From Alphaproteobacteria bacterium (GTDB taxonomy: Bacteria > Pseudomonadota > Alphaproteobacteria > Rs-D84), in NCBI GenBank assembly GCA_013316395.1, contig WSMU01000002.1, forward strand, positions 1 to 43,836: a stretch of 43,836 bases of DNA, read 5' to 3'. Positions 43,774 through 43,836 of the stretch are shown here, piece after piece. The stretch's first letter is position 1, and each line of letters starts with the position of its first letter. The position numbers and the translations under genes are program-made. The notes beneath the pieces are model-generated. The model saw nothing but the letters and a program-made list of their open reading frames with translations, searched no databases and had not been told where the DNA came from.

Positions 43774-43836
43774 ATTTATTTCCTTTATACTCACGACGGT
43801 TGGACGCGATAATTAAAAATCTGAATAATTATATAT

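Noticed and set aside
1-43836. Scan for CRISPR arrays, cas genes, transposases or IS ends, integrases, reverse transcriptases (retrons, DGRs, group II introns), and classic toxin-antitoxin or restriction-modification pairs
   Set aside because: None of the ORF translations shows the corresponding motifs (DDE, tyrosine/serine recombinase, YxDD, HNH/RuvC). No repeat-spacer pattern was seen. The only repeats found are the ones reported above.

Overview
43.8-kb chromosomal window from a Gram-negative bacterium. It is probably an alphaproteobacterium: it has a GapR/DUF2312 homologue, an alpha-type MraZ and clustered GANTC sites (inference only). Most of the window is housekeeping. The minus strand carries tRNA-Trp, secE, nusG, rplK, rplA, rplJ, rplL, rpoB, rpoC (5.1-16.9 kb) and then rpmF-plsX. 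Further on are yidC-lspA, a KefB-like CPA2 antiporter, rsmA-recR, a DD-carboxypeptidase with a SPOR tail, pyk, gapR-like/RNHCP/comEC, truA-fmt-def, rmuC, a HAD hydrolase, and a MarR / TolC / adaptor / RND efflux operon. Five things stand out. (1) There are two copies, 33.6 kb apart, of a module I cannot classify. Each has an extended -10 promoter, a ~155-160-nt structured RNA with compensatory base changes and a terminator/antiterminator-like layout, and then a tiny XRE-type HTH gene. This is my best candidate for an undescribed system. (2) A perfect 47-nt duplicate of the plsX 3' end sits at the window edge. With the intact plsX it brackets 3.7 kb as att-like direct repeats; the segment holds an M13 peptidase, an orphan mraZ, an orphan ORF and RNA/HTH copy 1, but no recombinase. 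(3) An isolated VirB8/VirB9/VirB10-like trio lies between tRNA-Trp and yidC with no ATPases. Its VirB9-like protein is fused to a SPOR-like domain, and its VirB10-like protein has an extra N-terminal module and a 12-Cys tail. (4) Smaller regulatory oddities include a 22/23-nt inverted repeat overlapping the trio promoter, and five GANTC sites in 105 bp ahead of two orphan ORFs. (5) Unannotated small ORFs occur in oversized spacers. I saw no CRISPR array, transposase, integrase or reverse transcriptase. All calls come from reading the sequence and the ORF translations; no searches were run.
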